This document shows positions 31,168-41,900 of a DNA stretch of 45,401 bases, one piece after another. The translations under genes and the position numbers were made by a program. The notes under the pieces were generated by a model. The model was not told where the DNA came from and did no database searches. It worked only from the letters and a program-made list of their open reading frames with translations. Position 1 is the first letter of the stretch, and each line of letters starts with the position of its first letter. Location: the IMG/VR virus record IMGVR_UViG_3300045988_114473; one strand, written 5' to 3'. The DNA is from a virus.

Positions 31168-32148
31168 ATGGCAGATGAAAATCGTTACACTCTTGCCGAA
31201 TACGCGGGTCTCGCCGGACTTAAGGGCGTAGACCTTGACGTGGTGCATACGATTGTGGACTGTATGCCGATTTTCGACAGCGCTCCGCTTATCAAGTGCA
31301 ACTCCGGCACCATGCACAAGACGCAGGTCATCACGTCTTACCCCGCAGGCCAGACCCGTGGGTACAACATGGGTGTGAAGCGTGAGAAGGCTACGGCCAA
31401 GTTCGTGCAGGATACCACCTGCATGACCGAAACCTTCAACGAAATCGACCGCAAGATTGTCGCGCTCAACGGCAATTCTGCTAAGTGGCGTCAGAATCAG
31501 GATGCCGCCTTTGTTCGCGGCCTCGCAAACAAGACCGCCGAACGTATTTTCAACGCTTCGCTTAAGCGCGATCCGTTTGAATACGACGGTCTCGGCGTCC
31601 GCTACAACAAGATCGGCGACTGCGTTATCGACGCAGGCGGCACGGGCAACAACCTGACGGATATTTGGCTCGTGAACTGGAACAAGTCTTCCGTTCACCT
31701 TATCTATCCGGAAGGCGGCGTTGCCGGTCTGACGACTGAGTTTGAAGCCAACGTTGACGCCACTGACGAAAAGGGCGGCATCTTCAAGGCTGACCGTACT
31801 TGGTTCCGCTGGGATCAGGGTATTTCTGTTCCCGACCCGATGCAGGTCATTCGCGTTGCCAACGTTGACATCGACAAGGCTCTGCAGGGTGCCGATCAGG
31901 TTGATCTCGTGAACCTCTTGACGCGAGCTGTGGAACGTATCCCCGACGAAGTGTTCGCAGGATGCGCTTTCTACATGAACCGCTCTTTGCGCGCAGCTCT
32001 GCGTCTGCAGATTCAGAACCGCGCCAACGTGCAGTTCACCTTTGACAACTATGCCGGCAAGCAGGTTCCCTCCTTCGACGGCATTAAGATTCACAAGGTG
32101 CCCGATTCTGTTATCCACAACTACGCTGCGGCTAACAAGATCAAGTAA
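31168..32148 (+). CDS. Major capsid protein
   Basis: 326 aa in a position and of a size typical for a major capsid protein. It has a Shine-Dalgarno and is followed by a decoration-like gene and a strong terminator. Confidence 0.8.
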   Translation: MADENRYTLAEYAGLAGLKGVDLDVVHTIVDCMPIFDSAPLIKCNSGTMHKTQVITSYPAGQTRGYNMGVKREKATAKFVQDTTCMTETFNEIDRKIVALNGNSAKWRQNQDAAFVRGLANKTAERIFNASLKRDPFEYDGLGVRYNKIGDCVIDAGGTGNNLTDIWLVNWNKSSVHLIYPEGGVAGLTTEFEANVDATDEKGGIFKADRTWFRWDQGISVPDPMQVIRVANVDIDKALQGADQVDLVNLLTRAVERIPDEVFAGCAFYMNRSLRAALRLQIQNRANVQFTFDNYAGKQVPSFDGIKIHKVPDSVIHNYAAANKIK

Positions 32149-32159
32149 GGAGGTGACGA

Positions 32160-32585
32160 ATGTACGACGCAAAGTTGCTCTTCTGTGAAGCCAAGGACAT
32201 CAAAGGCGCAACCACTGAAACGGGCGTGATTGATCTCGGTCAGGCTTCTCCTGACCTTGGTATGACCGACGTTCCGGCTCTGGGCGTGACGGTTCAGATG
32301 ACGAAGGCTTGGGCTGGTGGCTCGACCCCGAAGGTGACCTTCGAGGTCCAGCACGCTGACGACAACGGCTCCGGTTCTGCCGGTACGTTCTCTACGCTTG
32401 TGTCCACGGGCGCGATGGCCGCCGACGCTACGATGCCGGAATCGTTTGACATCCGTCTGCCGATTCAGCACAAGCGCTACCTGAAGGTGAAGGTCACTAC
32501 GACCGGCACCCCGACGGCAGGTTCGGCCACCATCGGTATCACCGACGGTACGCAGAAGAATCCGTTCTACACGCGCGAAATCTAA
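32160..32585 (+). CDS. Head decoration/cement protein (Bbp16-like, putative)
   Basis: Strong AAGGAGG Shine-Dalgarno. It is a 141-aa beta-rich protein immediately after the capsid gene. Confidence 0.5.
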   Translation: MYDAKLLFCEAKDIKGATTETGVIDLGQASPDLGMTDVPALGVTVQMTKAWAGGSTPKVTFEVQHADDNGSGSAGTFSTLVSTGAMAADATMPESFDIRLPIQHKRYLKVKVTTTGTPTAGSATIGITDGTQKNPFYTREI

Positions 32586-32605
32586 GGCAACTTAGATTGC
32601 GGTAC

Positions 32606-32646
32606 AATAAGGGACGACTCTTATAAGGGTTGTCCCTTATTTTTTA
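32606..32646 (+). terminator. Rho-independent terminator after the head genes
   Basis: aataagggac...gtcccttatt arms, with an alternative ataaggg-ttgt-cccttat hairpin, followed by ttttt. Confidence 0.7.
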
Positions 32647-32658
32647 TGGTGAATAACA

Positions 32659-33336
32659 ATGGCTTCTGAAAAGGATATTTGCATCTACGCACTGCAACAC
32701 ATCGGGCAGTTTGCCGACATGGTGTCGCTCGACGAGGACAGTCAGCACGCAGCCGTAGCGAAGAAGGCGTACCCGTTTGTGCGAGACGCGATGCTTGAGC
32801 GTCATACGTGGAACTTTGCGACCGCCAAGAAGCGCCTTGCTCGAATCGAGAACGAAGAGGACGAGGTGGCGTTCCCGTTGCCTGCAGATTGTCTTCGTGT
32901 TGCGGACGTAAGCGTGCCGGACTTGTGGGGTTACGAAAAGATTGAATGGGAGGTACGTCTTATCGGAGATGTGCGGTGCGTAGTCCTTACAGGGGACTTT
33001 ACCTACAGTAAGACCGAGGTCACAGTTTCGTACGTAAAACGCGTGACGAACACGGCCGCATTCTCGGCAGGGTTTGCCGATGCGCTGTCGTGGAATCTTG
33101 CCGCCGCAATCGCAGGACCTATCGTAAAGGGCGACACGGGAATTACCGTTGCGCAGAAGTTGGCGCAGTACGCGCAGGCGTTCGAGTCCAAGGCCATCTC
33201 TGTTGACGCCTCGCAGGGAAGAGAGCGTAAGCGTACGCCCTTGGCTCCGTGGCATGGAGGCTTTGGGTTCTATTACAGCAAAACGGAGTCTCGGTATCCC
33301 ACGCCGATGGACGAACGAGGAGACTTTGAACTATGA
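32659..33336 (+). CDS. Tail tubular protein A / adaptor-like protein (putative)
   Basis: 225 aa. The N-terminal ICIYALQHIGQFADMVSLDEDSQHAAVAKKAYPFVRDAMLERHTWNFA resembles podovirus gp11-like proteins. The position fits. Confidence 0.5.
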   Translation: MASEKDICIYALQHIGQFADMVSLDEDSQHAAVAKKAYPFVRDAMLERHTWNFATAKKRLARIENEEDEVAFPLPADCLRVADVSVPDLWGYEKIEWEVRLIGDVRCVVLTGDFTYSKTEVTVSYVKRVTNTAAFSAGFADALSWNLAAAIAGPIVKGDTGITVAQKLAQYAQAFESKAISVDASQGRERKRTPLAPWHGGFGFYYSKTESRYPTPMDERGDFEL

Positions 33337-36101
33337 GCGCGCGGGTAACGCAACTGTCGTATAACGCAGGCGTTTTGTCCGGTCTTATGGAAGGTCGTGC
33401 GGACGACACGAAGTATCAGGCCGGACTTGCTGTTTGCCGCAATGCTTTTTGCACGCCGCAGGGTCCCGTGCAGAACAGAGCGGGGTTTATGTTCGTCAAT
33501 TCGACGAAGTACGCAAGCAAGAAGGCGCGCTTGATTCCGTTCACGTATTCGTCCGATCAGACCATGATTATTGAGTTGGGGGACAAGTACGCGCGATTCC
33601 ACACCCAAGGGAAAACCCTAATGGGCGACGACGGACAGCCCTACGAGATTGAAACTCCGTGGGCCGCGGAAGACCTGTGGGATTTGCATTACGTGCAGAA
33701 CGCCGCCGTGATGACGATCACGCACACTGCGTATGCCCCGCAAGAGCTGCAGCGGTATTCGCTTACCGATTGGCGAATCAGGCAATGCAATTTTGTCTCC
33801 ACGCTGTTGCCGCCTAAATCGGTGAGCGCCAAGAGAATTACAGAGGCGAAGGGCGACTCTAACGCGGACAAGTATACGCAGAGCTACGTCGTCACGGCGC
33901 TCAACAAAGACCGTACGGAGGAAAGCGAGAAGTCAGAGTCGGTGTCTGTCGTGGCAAACCTTTACGCAACGGGTACGACCGTAGAGGTTAGTTGGGCCGC
34001 GGTTGAGGGCGCGGCGTTTTATCGCGTTTACAAGCTGCAGGGCGGTATTTACGGCTATATCGGCGAGACAGAAAACCTGTCTATCGTTGATGATAATATC
34101 GCGCCGGAGACGGGCACAACGCCGCCGTATCAGGACGATACGTTCGGTACGCCTAAAGGCATCACGAAGGTTACGGTAGTAAGCGGCGGAAGCGGCTACG
34201 TGTCATACCAAAATGGCGTTGCATACACAGGAGGCTTGCCAGATTGGGAGGAATCAAGATACGGGTTCGGCTTGGCGGCTGTGGCGTCTAGTGAAGTGTC
34301 GGAGCCTGATTTCCCGGAGCCTCCTTACGATGCTATTCGTTCCTGTGTAGATGTGGTTGATACTGAAGGAGAAGCGGGAAAAGGAGCCACCGTAGATTTT
34401 GAATTCTATACGTCAACAAGTAGAGACACTGATGTGTCTAGTAGTGATAGCGGTGGAGTTACGTACTACGCCTACACGTATGCGTACATAAAAACGGTTA
34501 TCGTTACTCTTCCGGGCGAAGGGTATCAGCGTCCCACTCTGCGTATGCGTCGGGCTAAGTTTTTGAGCCGTGCTGGTATTAGCTATTACCGCTACCAGAC
34601 TCCTGCCGATAATGAGTGGGCGAACAAGGACGCGGACTACTTTTACCTTGATCTGGCGACTACTTCTAAGAACGTAGATATGGACGTCTCTGATGAAACA
34701 GGTACGGGTGCCGTTCTTGTTCCGACCGTTAAAGCTGGAGCCATTGTATCTGTTCGTGTGAAGTACGCCGGAAGAGACTATACGAATCCAACTGTTACGG
34801 TTGTGTCTTCTGAAGGGTCAGGTGCGGTGTTTGAATGCGAGGTCGGCAAGGGTTCTGACAATCCGTCTGCAGTGGGGTATTTTGAACAACGGCGCGTGTT
34901 CGCCGGCTCCGCGATCAATCCGCAGCGAATCTGGCTGTCGGCAACGGGAACGGACAGTAATTTTACGTACCACCTCCCGCTGCAGGATGACGACCGAATT
35001 GCTTTTGACATTGCGTCCCGAGACTTGAATCAGATTCAGCACGTTGTTGCTTTGCAACAGCTTATCATGCTGACTTCTGCCGCAGAGTGGCGCGTATCGC
35101 CCTTAAACTCGGATGCTATTACGCCTACGTCCATTTCTGTGCGTCCGCAGTCCTACGTTGGGGCTTCGCCCGCGCAGCCTGTTCTTACGAACAACACGGT
35201 TGTGTACGTAGCGGCGCGAGGAGGACACGTACGCGAGATTTCGTATGATTACAATGCGGGCGGGTACATTTCCGGCGATTTGTCGCTTCGCGCAAACGAG
35301 CTTTTCGATGAAGCGCAGATCGTTGATTTAGCGTACTCCAAAGAACCATTTCCTGTCGTGTGGGCGGTAAGCTCTACGGGTTCTCTGCTTGGCCTTACTT
35401 ACGTGCCCGAACAACAGGTGGGCGCTTGGTTTGAGTTCACGACGAGCGGTGCGTTTGAGTCTGTTTCTGTTGTGCAGGAAGGCGAAGAGGATGCCGTGTA
35501 CTGTGTCGTCGCTCGTAACCTTGGCGGAAGGCGCGTTCGTTCCGTTGAGCGAATGGGTCGAAGAAGCGCGAAGGCTAAGAAGACTGATGTGTTTTTGGAC
35601 ATGGCGGGTCGCTACGAAGGCGTGGAAACGAGCACCGTGTCAGGCATTGATTGGCTATCCGGACTTTCCGTAACAGTTAATGCGGACGGCGTCGTGTATG
35701 AGGATATGCGCGTGTCGGATCAAGGAACGCTCGCGCTGCCGAAGGCGGCCAAGGTCATAACGGTTGGTCTCCCGTACAGCATGGAGCTACAGACTATGCC
35801 TTTGATTATGGGACTTAGCGATGGGTCTTTGGGAAAGGGTCGCGCCAAGAACGTAAGTCGAGTTTGGCTAAGGCTTAAAAATTCAGCCGTACCGGAAGCC
35901 GGAGCTTCATTCGATCGTATGCTTCAGATAAAAACTAGGACTAAAGAGATTCCGGGCACGTCTCCTGATTTGGTAAACAGCGTTGTGGAGGCCATGCCGT
36001 TGGGTTCGTGGGGCGACGACGCCGCAGTGCGCATACGTATGTCGAAGCCGCTTCCGTTTACTTTGATTTCGCATTCGGCCGATGTTTCGGTTGGAGGTTG
36101 A
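33333..36101 (+). CDS. Tail tubular protein B / nozzle-like large tail protein (putative)
   Basis: 922 aa with an ATGA overlap. The N-terminus is recalled as gp12/stabilisation-protein-like. It has an internal pair of GGSGY...P.V motifs. Confidence 0.55.
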   Translation: MSARVTQLSYNAGVLSGLMEGRADDTKYQAGLAVCRNAFCTPQGPVQNRAGFMFVNSTKYASKKARLIPFTYSSDQTMIIELGDKYARFHTQGKTLMGDDGQPYEIETPWAAEDLWDLHYVQNAAVMTITHTAYAPQELQRYSLTDWRIRQCNFVSTLLPPKSVSAKRITEAKGDSNADKYTQSYVVTALNKDRTEESEKSESVSVVANLYATGTTVEVSWAAVEGAAFYRVYKLQGGIYGYIGETENLSIVDDNIAPETGTTPPYQDDTFGTPKGITKVTVVSGGSGYVSYQNGVAYTGGLPDWEESRYGFGLAAVASSEVSEPDFPEPPYDAIRSCVDVVDTEGEAGKGATVDFEFYTSTSRDTDVSSSDSGGVTYYAYTYAYIKTVIVTLPGEGYQRPTLRMRRAKFLSRAGISYYRYQTPADNEWANKDADYFYLDLATTSKNVDMDVSDETGTGAVLVPTVKAGAIVSVRVKYAGRDYTNPTVTVVSSEGSGAVFECEVGKGSDNPSAVGYFEQRRVFAGSAINPQRIWLSATGTDSNFTYHLPLQDDDRIAFDIASRDLNQIQHVVALQQLIMLTSAAEWRVSPLNSDAITPTSISVRPQSYVGASPAQPVLTNNTVVYVAARGGHVREISYDYNAGGYISGDLSLRANELFDEAQIVDLAYSKEPFPVVWAVSSTGSLLGLTYVPEQQVGAWFEFTTSGAFESVSVVQEGEEDAVYCVVARNLGGRRVRSVERMGRRSAKAKKTDVFLDMAGRYEGVETSTVSGIDWLSGLSVTVNADGVVYEDMRVSDQGTLALPKAAKVITVGLPYSMELQTMPLIMGLSDGSLGKGRAKNVSRVWLRLKNSAVPEAGASFDRMLQIKTRTKEIPGTSPDLVNSVVEAMPLGSWGDDAAVRIRMSKPLPFTLISHSADVSVGG

Positions 36102-36103
36102 TA

Positions 36104-36634
36104 ATGGCAGAACAACAGACAAATCAGCTCGGCACTCCGTTGCTCGCGCTCGGCATAATCGGCGCCGTCAACTCGGGGATCAACGCCTACTTCTCGTCCA
36201 AGATGAACAAAATCCAGATGGAGTTGCAGGCAAAGATCGCCGAAGAAAATCAGCGTATGTCCGAGCTTGCCGCTCAGGACGCTTTGTATCAGTCGCAGGT
36301 AAGGATCGGTGAAATATCCCGTAAGGCGCAGCAGGTTAAGTCAAACCAGAAGGTGTCGATGGCCGCGGCGGGTATTGCCGCCGCAGGCGGCACCTACGCG
36401 GAAGTGCTAACATCCACGGACATCATGAAGGAAGAGAGCATCAACATCGAAACGATGAACGGGTACAAGGCGGCGTGGGGCTACAGAATGCAGGGGCTTA
36501 ACTACGGCGCGCAGGCCGGAGCCGCTAGGGTGTCGGCGGGGTCTAGCAATCCGTTTGCGAGTGGGTTCACGGGACTTGCTTCCGGACTAACGAACGTGGC
36601 GTATCAGTACGCTTTATTTAATCGAAAGGATTAA
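36104..36634 (+). CDS. Putative internal virion protein (176 aa)
   Basis: The internal ATG lies right after the upstream stop. It has an N-terminal hydrophobic helix and Gly/Ala-rich segments. Confidence 0.5.
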   Translation: MAEQQTNQLGTPLLALGIIGAVNSGINAYFSSKMNKIQMELQAKIAEENQRMSELAAQDALYQSQVRIGEISRKAQQVKSNQKVSMAAAGIAAAGGTYAEVLTSTDIMKEESINIETMNGYKAAWGYRMQGLNYGAQAGAARVSAGSSNPFASGFTGLASGLTNVAYQYALFNRKD

Positions 36635-36637
36635 ACG

Positions 36638-38947
36638 ATGCAAGAAATCAAAGGGCTTATGGCTACGCCCACCGTGCGGTCTGCGGGAGGATTTAGAGCG
36701 GCGGTTCCGCAGTTGGACACGACTGTTCAGAAGAACGCGAACGAAGCGCTGGCCAACGTCACGAAGTATTTTGCGCTTCGCACTCGTCAGGAAAAACAGG
36801 CCGAAGAGGACATGCTAAATGCGCGTGCGGCATCGCTCATTAACGAGTACAACCTCTACGGTAAGGATGTGCTGTATGGAAAGAACGGCGCGATGTACCA
36901 AAAGGGTACCGAAGTCGTAAGCGGCGTGGACGGTGAGTCGTGGGTTTCGTACAACCGGGGGAAGCTGCGAGAGAAGAGAGACATAATTCTTTCGTCGTTG
37001 GAGAACGATCCGCGACTGCACGACAGAGTAGCGGCCGGGCTGGAAAAGTTGGACGTTACTTTTTACAGCACGCTCGACGCTCACTTTGGACAGGAGAGCC
37101 ATAACTACGTAGTCGATCAGGCTACCATCGGACTTAACAATGAGCTTTCTGCGATTACCGCAGGTGGCGTCACGCCGGACAGAGTTAAAGCCGTTAAAGG
37201 CTACATGGCAGACTTAGCACGGTTCGCCGGCAGAAACGTAAAAGACCCGACGTATGCTAAGGCATACGACAAGGAAGTAAGAACCAAAGTGTCTGCCGCC
37301 GCTAAAGACGGCATCACGCTTCTCCTCGACCGCAACGACACGACCGGAGCAGACGCTAAGTACCTTGCAGCTGTTAGCGAGGGTATGCTCGATGCGAATG
37401 ATCAGCTTGCCGTTCAGAAGCAAATCACCGACAAGAAAGATGCTTTGTTTGTTTCGGATGCGGCAAGTAACGTAACGGCTATGGCCGCACAGGACAGGAC
37501 GTCTACGTTTGTGGCCGCAAGAGCTGTCGCTCCACAGAGCGGTGTGCTTGACAGCTCGTTGCTGTCCGCAGCGGGACTAGACGCAGGTAAAGCTGTCGAA
37601 GACGGCTACGGGAAAAACAAAGCCGTCACGGAGTCCGTCAACGCACAGGTGATGGGCGCTCTGGTGCGTGAGTACGGATCGGCGGAGGCGGCTATCGCGG
37701 CTGCGGTGGTTGGAAAAGACACGCTAGAGGCTGCCGTACGGAGCGCTGCTGAAAAAGGGAATATCGCCGCTTGGCAGGCGGAGCTGTCACCGGAGAACAA
37801 GGGCAAGGTTACGTCTGCGGTTCGCCGCTACAGAAGCGATGCGACGAGCCGTACTGTTCCCGATGAGGCAGAGCTTAGGATGCGCGTGGTGTCGCTTCAT
37901 CCGAACGCAACGCCGGATCAGGTTAACAAGATCGTTGATGAAGCCAAGACCAGATTGGTGGAAGAAACGGCTATGCGGTCGGCTCGGCAATACGCCGCGG
38001 CAAACAATGTTGTCTCCGCCCTGTCTAACGGAGAAACGCCAAAAGCGTCAGACCTCGCTGTGTTGTCTCCGGAACAGACTGTGGCGGTATCTGCGTTGAA
38101 GGCACGTCAGCGAGCCGAAAACCCGCCGTCCGACATGGCCTTTTATATGAGTATTCAGAACCCGCAGACGCTTAAGGGCATGAGCGATGCCGACTTCCTT
38201 TTGCTTGGACAAGCGAACCTCGCTCCGGAAGAATACGCTGAAGCGGCACAGAGACGAAACGCGCTAAAGGGCGTAAAGGACTTGGATAAGTTGTACGTGT
38301 CGAGAGACACGGTTAAGCCGATGGTCGAATCCTTCATGGCGTCCAAGAACCCGAAGTACAACGAGGACGACGACGGCAAGTATGTATTCAACCGAACGGT
38401 AGACCTTGTGCGTCGAAAAGTGCAGGGGGTGGCAAACGCCCGAGGCAAGGAGCTGACGAAAGCCGAGGTCGAAGAGATCGTCGGGCAGACGCTTCGCGGA
38501 GATCGTTTCTTTGTACCGCCGGGGGTTGTGAAGAGCGGCGAGTATAAGTCCGTGTATTCGCTTGAGTTTGGAGACCTGTCCGGCACAGCCAAGGACTTGG
38601 CAAAAGAAATGGCTAAGTCTATGTACGGCGATAGCTTTCCGGATGACGCATCCGCACTGTCCGCGTTCAAGGAGTTTTTACTGTTTTCTACCGAGGATTT
38701 GCCGGACAACGTGATCGCCAAAGCAAAGGCTAAATACAGCAGCGAGATCGACGTGGTGCGGGAACAATTCCAAGCGCAGGGTAAGTATCTTACGGATACG
38801 GCGGCTATTCGTATGACTCTGTATTTGCTTCAGAGAGACCCCAAATATTTTGAGCTCTTAGGAAATGAGGCCGACCCGAAGTACAATTCCGCTACGGGCG
38901 TCAGAAAGAGCGTTTTGTACGACGAAGAGTTTAGGGGCGCTGATTAA
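36638..38947 (+). CDS. Putative internal virion / ejection protein (769 aa)
   Basis: Large alpha-helical Ala/Lys-rich ORF between the tail and the giant protein, analogous in position to podovirus core proteins. Confidence 0.5.
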   Translation: MQEIKGLMATPTVRSAGGFRAAVPQLDTTVQKNANEALANVTKYFALRTRQEKQAEEDMLNARAASLINEYNLYGKDVLYGKNGAMYQKGTEVVSGVDGESWVSYNRGKLREKRDIILSSLENDPRLHDRVAAGLEKLDVTFYSTLDAHFGQESHNYVVDQATIGLNNELSAITAGGVTPDRVKAVKGYMADLARFAGRNVKDPTYAKAYDKEVRTKVSAAAKDGITLLLDRNDTTGADAKYLAAVSEGMLDANDQLAVQKQITDKKDALFVSDAASNVTAMAAQDRTSTFVAARAVAPQSGVLDSSLLSAAGLDAGKAVEDGYGKNKAVTESVNAQVMGALVREYGSAEAAIAAAVVGKDTLEAAVRSAAEKGNIAAWQAELSPENKGKVTSAVRRYRSDATSRTVPDEAELRMRVVSLHPNATPDQVNKIVDEAKTRLVEETAMRSARQYAAANNVVSALSNGETPKASDLAVLSPEQTVAVSALKARQRAENPPSDMAFYMSIQNPQTLKGMSDADFLLLGQANLAPEEYAEAAQRRNALKGVKDLDKLYVSRDTVKPMVESFMASKNPKYNEDDDGKYVFNRTVDLVRRKVQGVANARGKELTKAEVEEIVGQTLRGDRFFVPPGVVKSGEYKSVYSLEFGDLSGTAKDLAKEMAKSMYGDSFPDDASALSAFKEFLLFSTEDLPDNVIAKAKAKYSSEIDVVREQFQAQGKYLTDTAAIRMTLYLLQRDPKYFELLGNEADPKYNSATGVRKSVLYDEEFRGAD

Positions 38948-38960
38948 CAGGGGAGCTTAG

Positions 38961-41900
38961 ATGTTTGAGGACGACACCCTCAGTGAAATTATCAAGGCGG
39001 ACGTTATGGCGTCCGTCCGAGAAAATGCGATACGGAACGTAGGGGTTAACCCTGACCAAGAGGCAGAGCTTCAGCGAAAGGCGGATACGCTCGGCATTTC
39101 ACCGGCCGAGGCTCGTGTGGTCACGCCCGTAGAGCTCGACAAGATGCTCGCGGAGCGATTCGTCGCTAATCTGGATTTGCCGCTGGCTACGAGAAAGCTG
39201 CTCGCCAACGATCAGCTTTCTCGCTTGGTGGCTACTACGCCGCAGGCTTACGAGAGCTTGTCAACGGTGGATCAGCTTGTTTCCCGTTTCGGCAAGGGCC
39301 TTGCGCAGGACACCGTGTCGGACGCATACCGATACGTAGACGGGGCTGAAGAGCCGCTTGCGGCATACGACGTGGACGCGGAAGAGGGCGCTGACTTTAC
39401 GTTCCTGAAGAAGTGGGCGGCGCGAGCCGATAGTCCGCTTATGCAGGACATTCAAGATAGAATCCGAGAATCGTCCTACGAGATTGCGTCCGCCAACTAC
39501 GACCTTCGACAGTACGCAACACCGGCGGCAATGCAGGAGATTGCAGAGGCAGAGACCGTCGGTGAAGCGTTGGGCGTTGCGTTGAGCAACCCCGTTGACG
39601 TTATCCTCGGCACGGGCCTTGAGAGCATCGGCGCAATGGGCATGACGCTTCCCATTACGGCGGCGGCATACGCCGTGAACCCCGCTCTCGGCGCGCTGTC
39701 GATGGGCATAGCCTCCGCAGGTGTTGAGTACGGGTCGTCGTTGAATGAATCGTTGATCGAGGCGGGCGTTGATGTCACCGATCCTGCGGCGTTGCGCAAG
39801 GCATTAAACGATCCTGTTCTTATGCAGGATGCAGTTTCCAAGGCCACTAAGCGCTCTTCTGCCGTTGGGTCTTTCGACACTCTGGCAGGCTTTATTGCGC
39901 CCGTACGTCTGTCTCCTGCCACGTCCGCGATCGCGGCGGTAAAGGCGGCGAAAGGTCGCCTGACGGGAACGGGACTCACGGCAGCGCAGGCTAGAAAGGA
40001 CATCGCGCGTACGCCTCTGCAGCAAGAGCTTGAGAACGTCGTCTCGCAGATGGTAGTAGGCGGCGCTCTTGGCGGCGCGGGTGAAGCCGCAGGTCAGCTC
40101 TCCGCCGAAGGCAAGATCACGTCCATAAGCGACATTGTTCTTGAATCCATCGCGGATTTGGCTACGGCTCCCATGGACGTTTTGGTGGCGCGAGCAGATG
40201 CGCGTAAGTTCGCAACGCGGGAAAAAGTCCGTGCGGTAACCGCACAACAGGATGCGCAGGTTCTCATGGAAGTTCTAGCGCAGTCCAAGACGAATGAGCT
40301 CAATCAACGCGCCCCGCAAGCGTATCAGCAATTCCTTAACGATGCTGCCGAAGGTCGCGGCATTGGCACTCTTAGCGCAAGCGTTCAAACGCTCAAGGAG
40401 TTGGGTGTGTACGAAGCGCTCCTCGAAGCCGCTCCGAATCTGCGTCCGCAGGCGGCATTGGCTGAAGCAACGGGCGGAGACTTGGACATTCGACTTGGTG
40501 ACCTGTCCGCGCTTAACGACGCAAGCCCGGACGCGGCCAACAAGGTTGTGTCTGTCGTCCGTACAAAACCGGACGGCATGTCGCTTCTCGAAGCGCAGGA
40601 GTTCGATGCCGAAGCGGGCGCACAACTTTCTGAAACGGCACAGCGCTTGATGCAGGAAGAAGCCGACGCTATGGTCGTGGACGCGGGGCTGCGTAGTCAG
40701 GTTAACCGTGCGGCAAAGGAAATTGAGCGTGCGGCTAATGCGTATTTTGATCCTGAGCAGGCTAAGGCAGCGACGACGCTTCAGAAGTCGATCATCTACA
40801 GCCTGTCCAAGCGTCTGGGCATTGCTCCGAAGGACTTGCTCACGCTCAACGGGAACAAGCTGACGTTTGACATTGCCGCTCGAATGCACGGTCTTAAGGG
40901 CGTTCGCGGGCGGTACGCCCCCGGAACCAACACCGTGCAGGTGTTCAAAACGGGCGACGTGCGTACTTTCACGCACGAGATGGCGCATTTCTGGCTTGAG
41001 TCTTTGGCCTCGATCGCGCAGGGTCTCTATGCAAACGGGACGCAGGCTACGCCCGAGATGCAGATGACGCTTGACGCTCTCGATGGGGTCATCACTTGGC
41101 TCGGCGGCAAGGGCGACACGGCGCAGGCGCGTTTGGAAGATTTCCGCTCGTTCGGCGGAGACAAGTTGAAAAACGCGCATGAAAAATTTGCCGAAGGTTT
41201 TGAGACATACATCACGAAAGGTGAAGCGCCGTCCATGTCTTTGGTACGCGCCTTCGAGATGATGAAACAGTGGATCAAGGATTCGTGGAAGTTCTTCGGC
41301 ATTACGCGAGAAGAGCTGAGTCCTGAAGTGCTCGGCTTTTACGACACGCTGTTCTTTGCCGATCAGGAGGCGGCCAATGCCGCCGCCGGGTCGTATCGCT
41401 TGTCCAAGGAGCGCTCCGCAATTCTCAAGGAGTCGTTGACCCCCGAAGAATATGCGGCGTACATGAGCGCGCAGGAAGCATACATCGGCGAGGCATCCAC
41501 CGAGGTGGGCGTTGCCGTAGCGGAGAACAAAAAGTTAATCAATTCCAGACGCGAAAGAGAGGCCAGAGGAATTGAGGCTGAATATAAAAACATTCTGAAG
41601 GAAGAGACGGAGAAGGTTCGCGCCTCGCGCCCGTACCAAACGCTCGCGGCGTTGACGGCCTCAAAGAACAGAGAGGACGGCATTCACTTCAAGATCGAAG
41701 CCGCTTCTGCAAAGGCCATGCTTACACCCGAAGCGTACGAGTTCGCTTTGGCCCGTGGTTGGCTCCGTCGTCAGGGGCAGAATATGCTGTCGGCCGCTGA
41801 CGCCGCCGAACTGCTCGGGTACACGACTCCGCAGGAGCTTGTTGACGAAGCCATTTCTGCGTTCAACACTCCGCCCGAGACGCTTGCAAAGCCGAACGCC

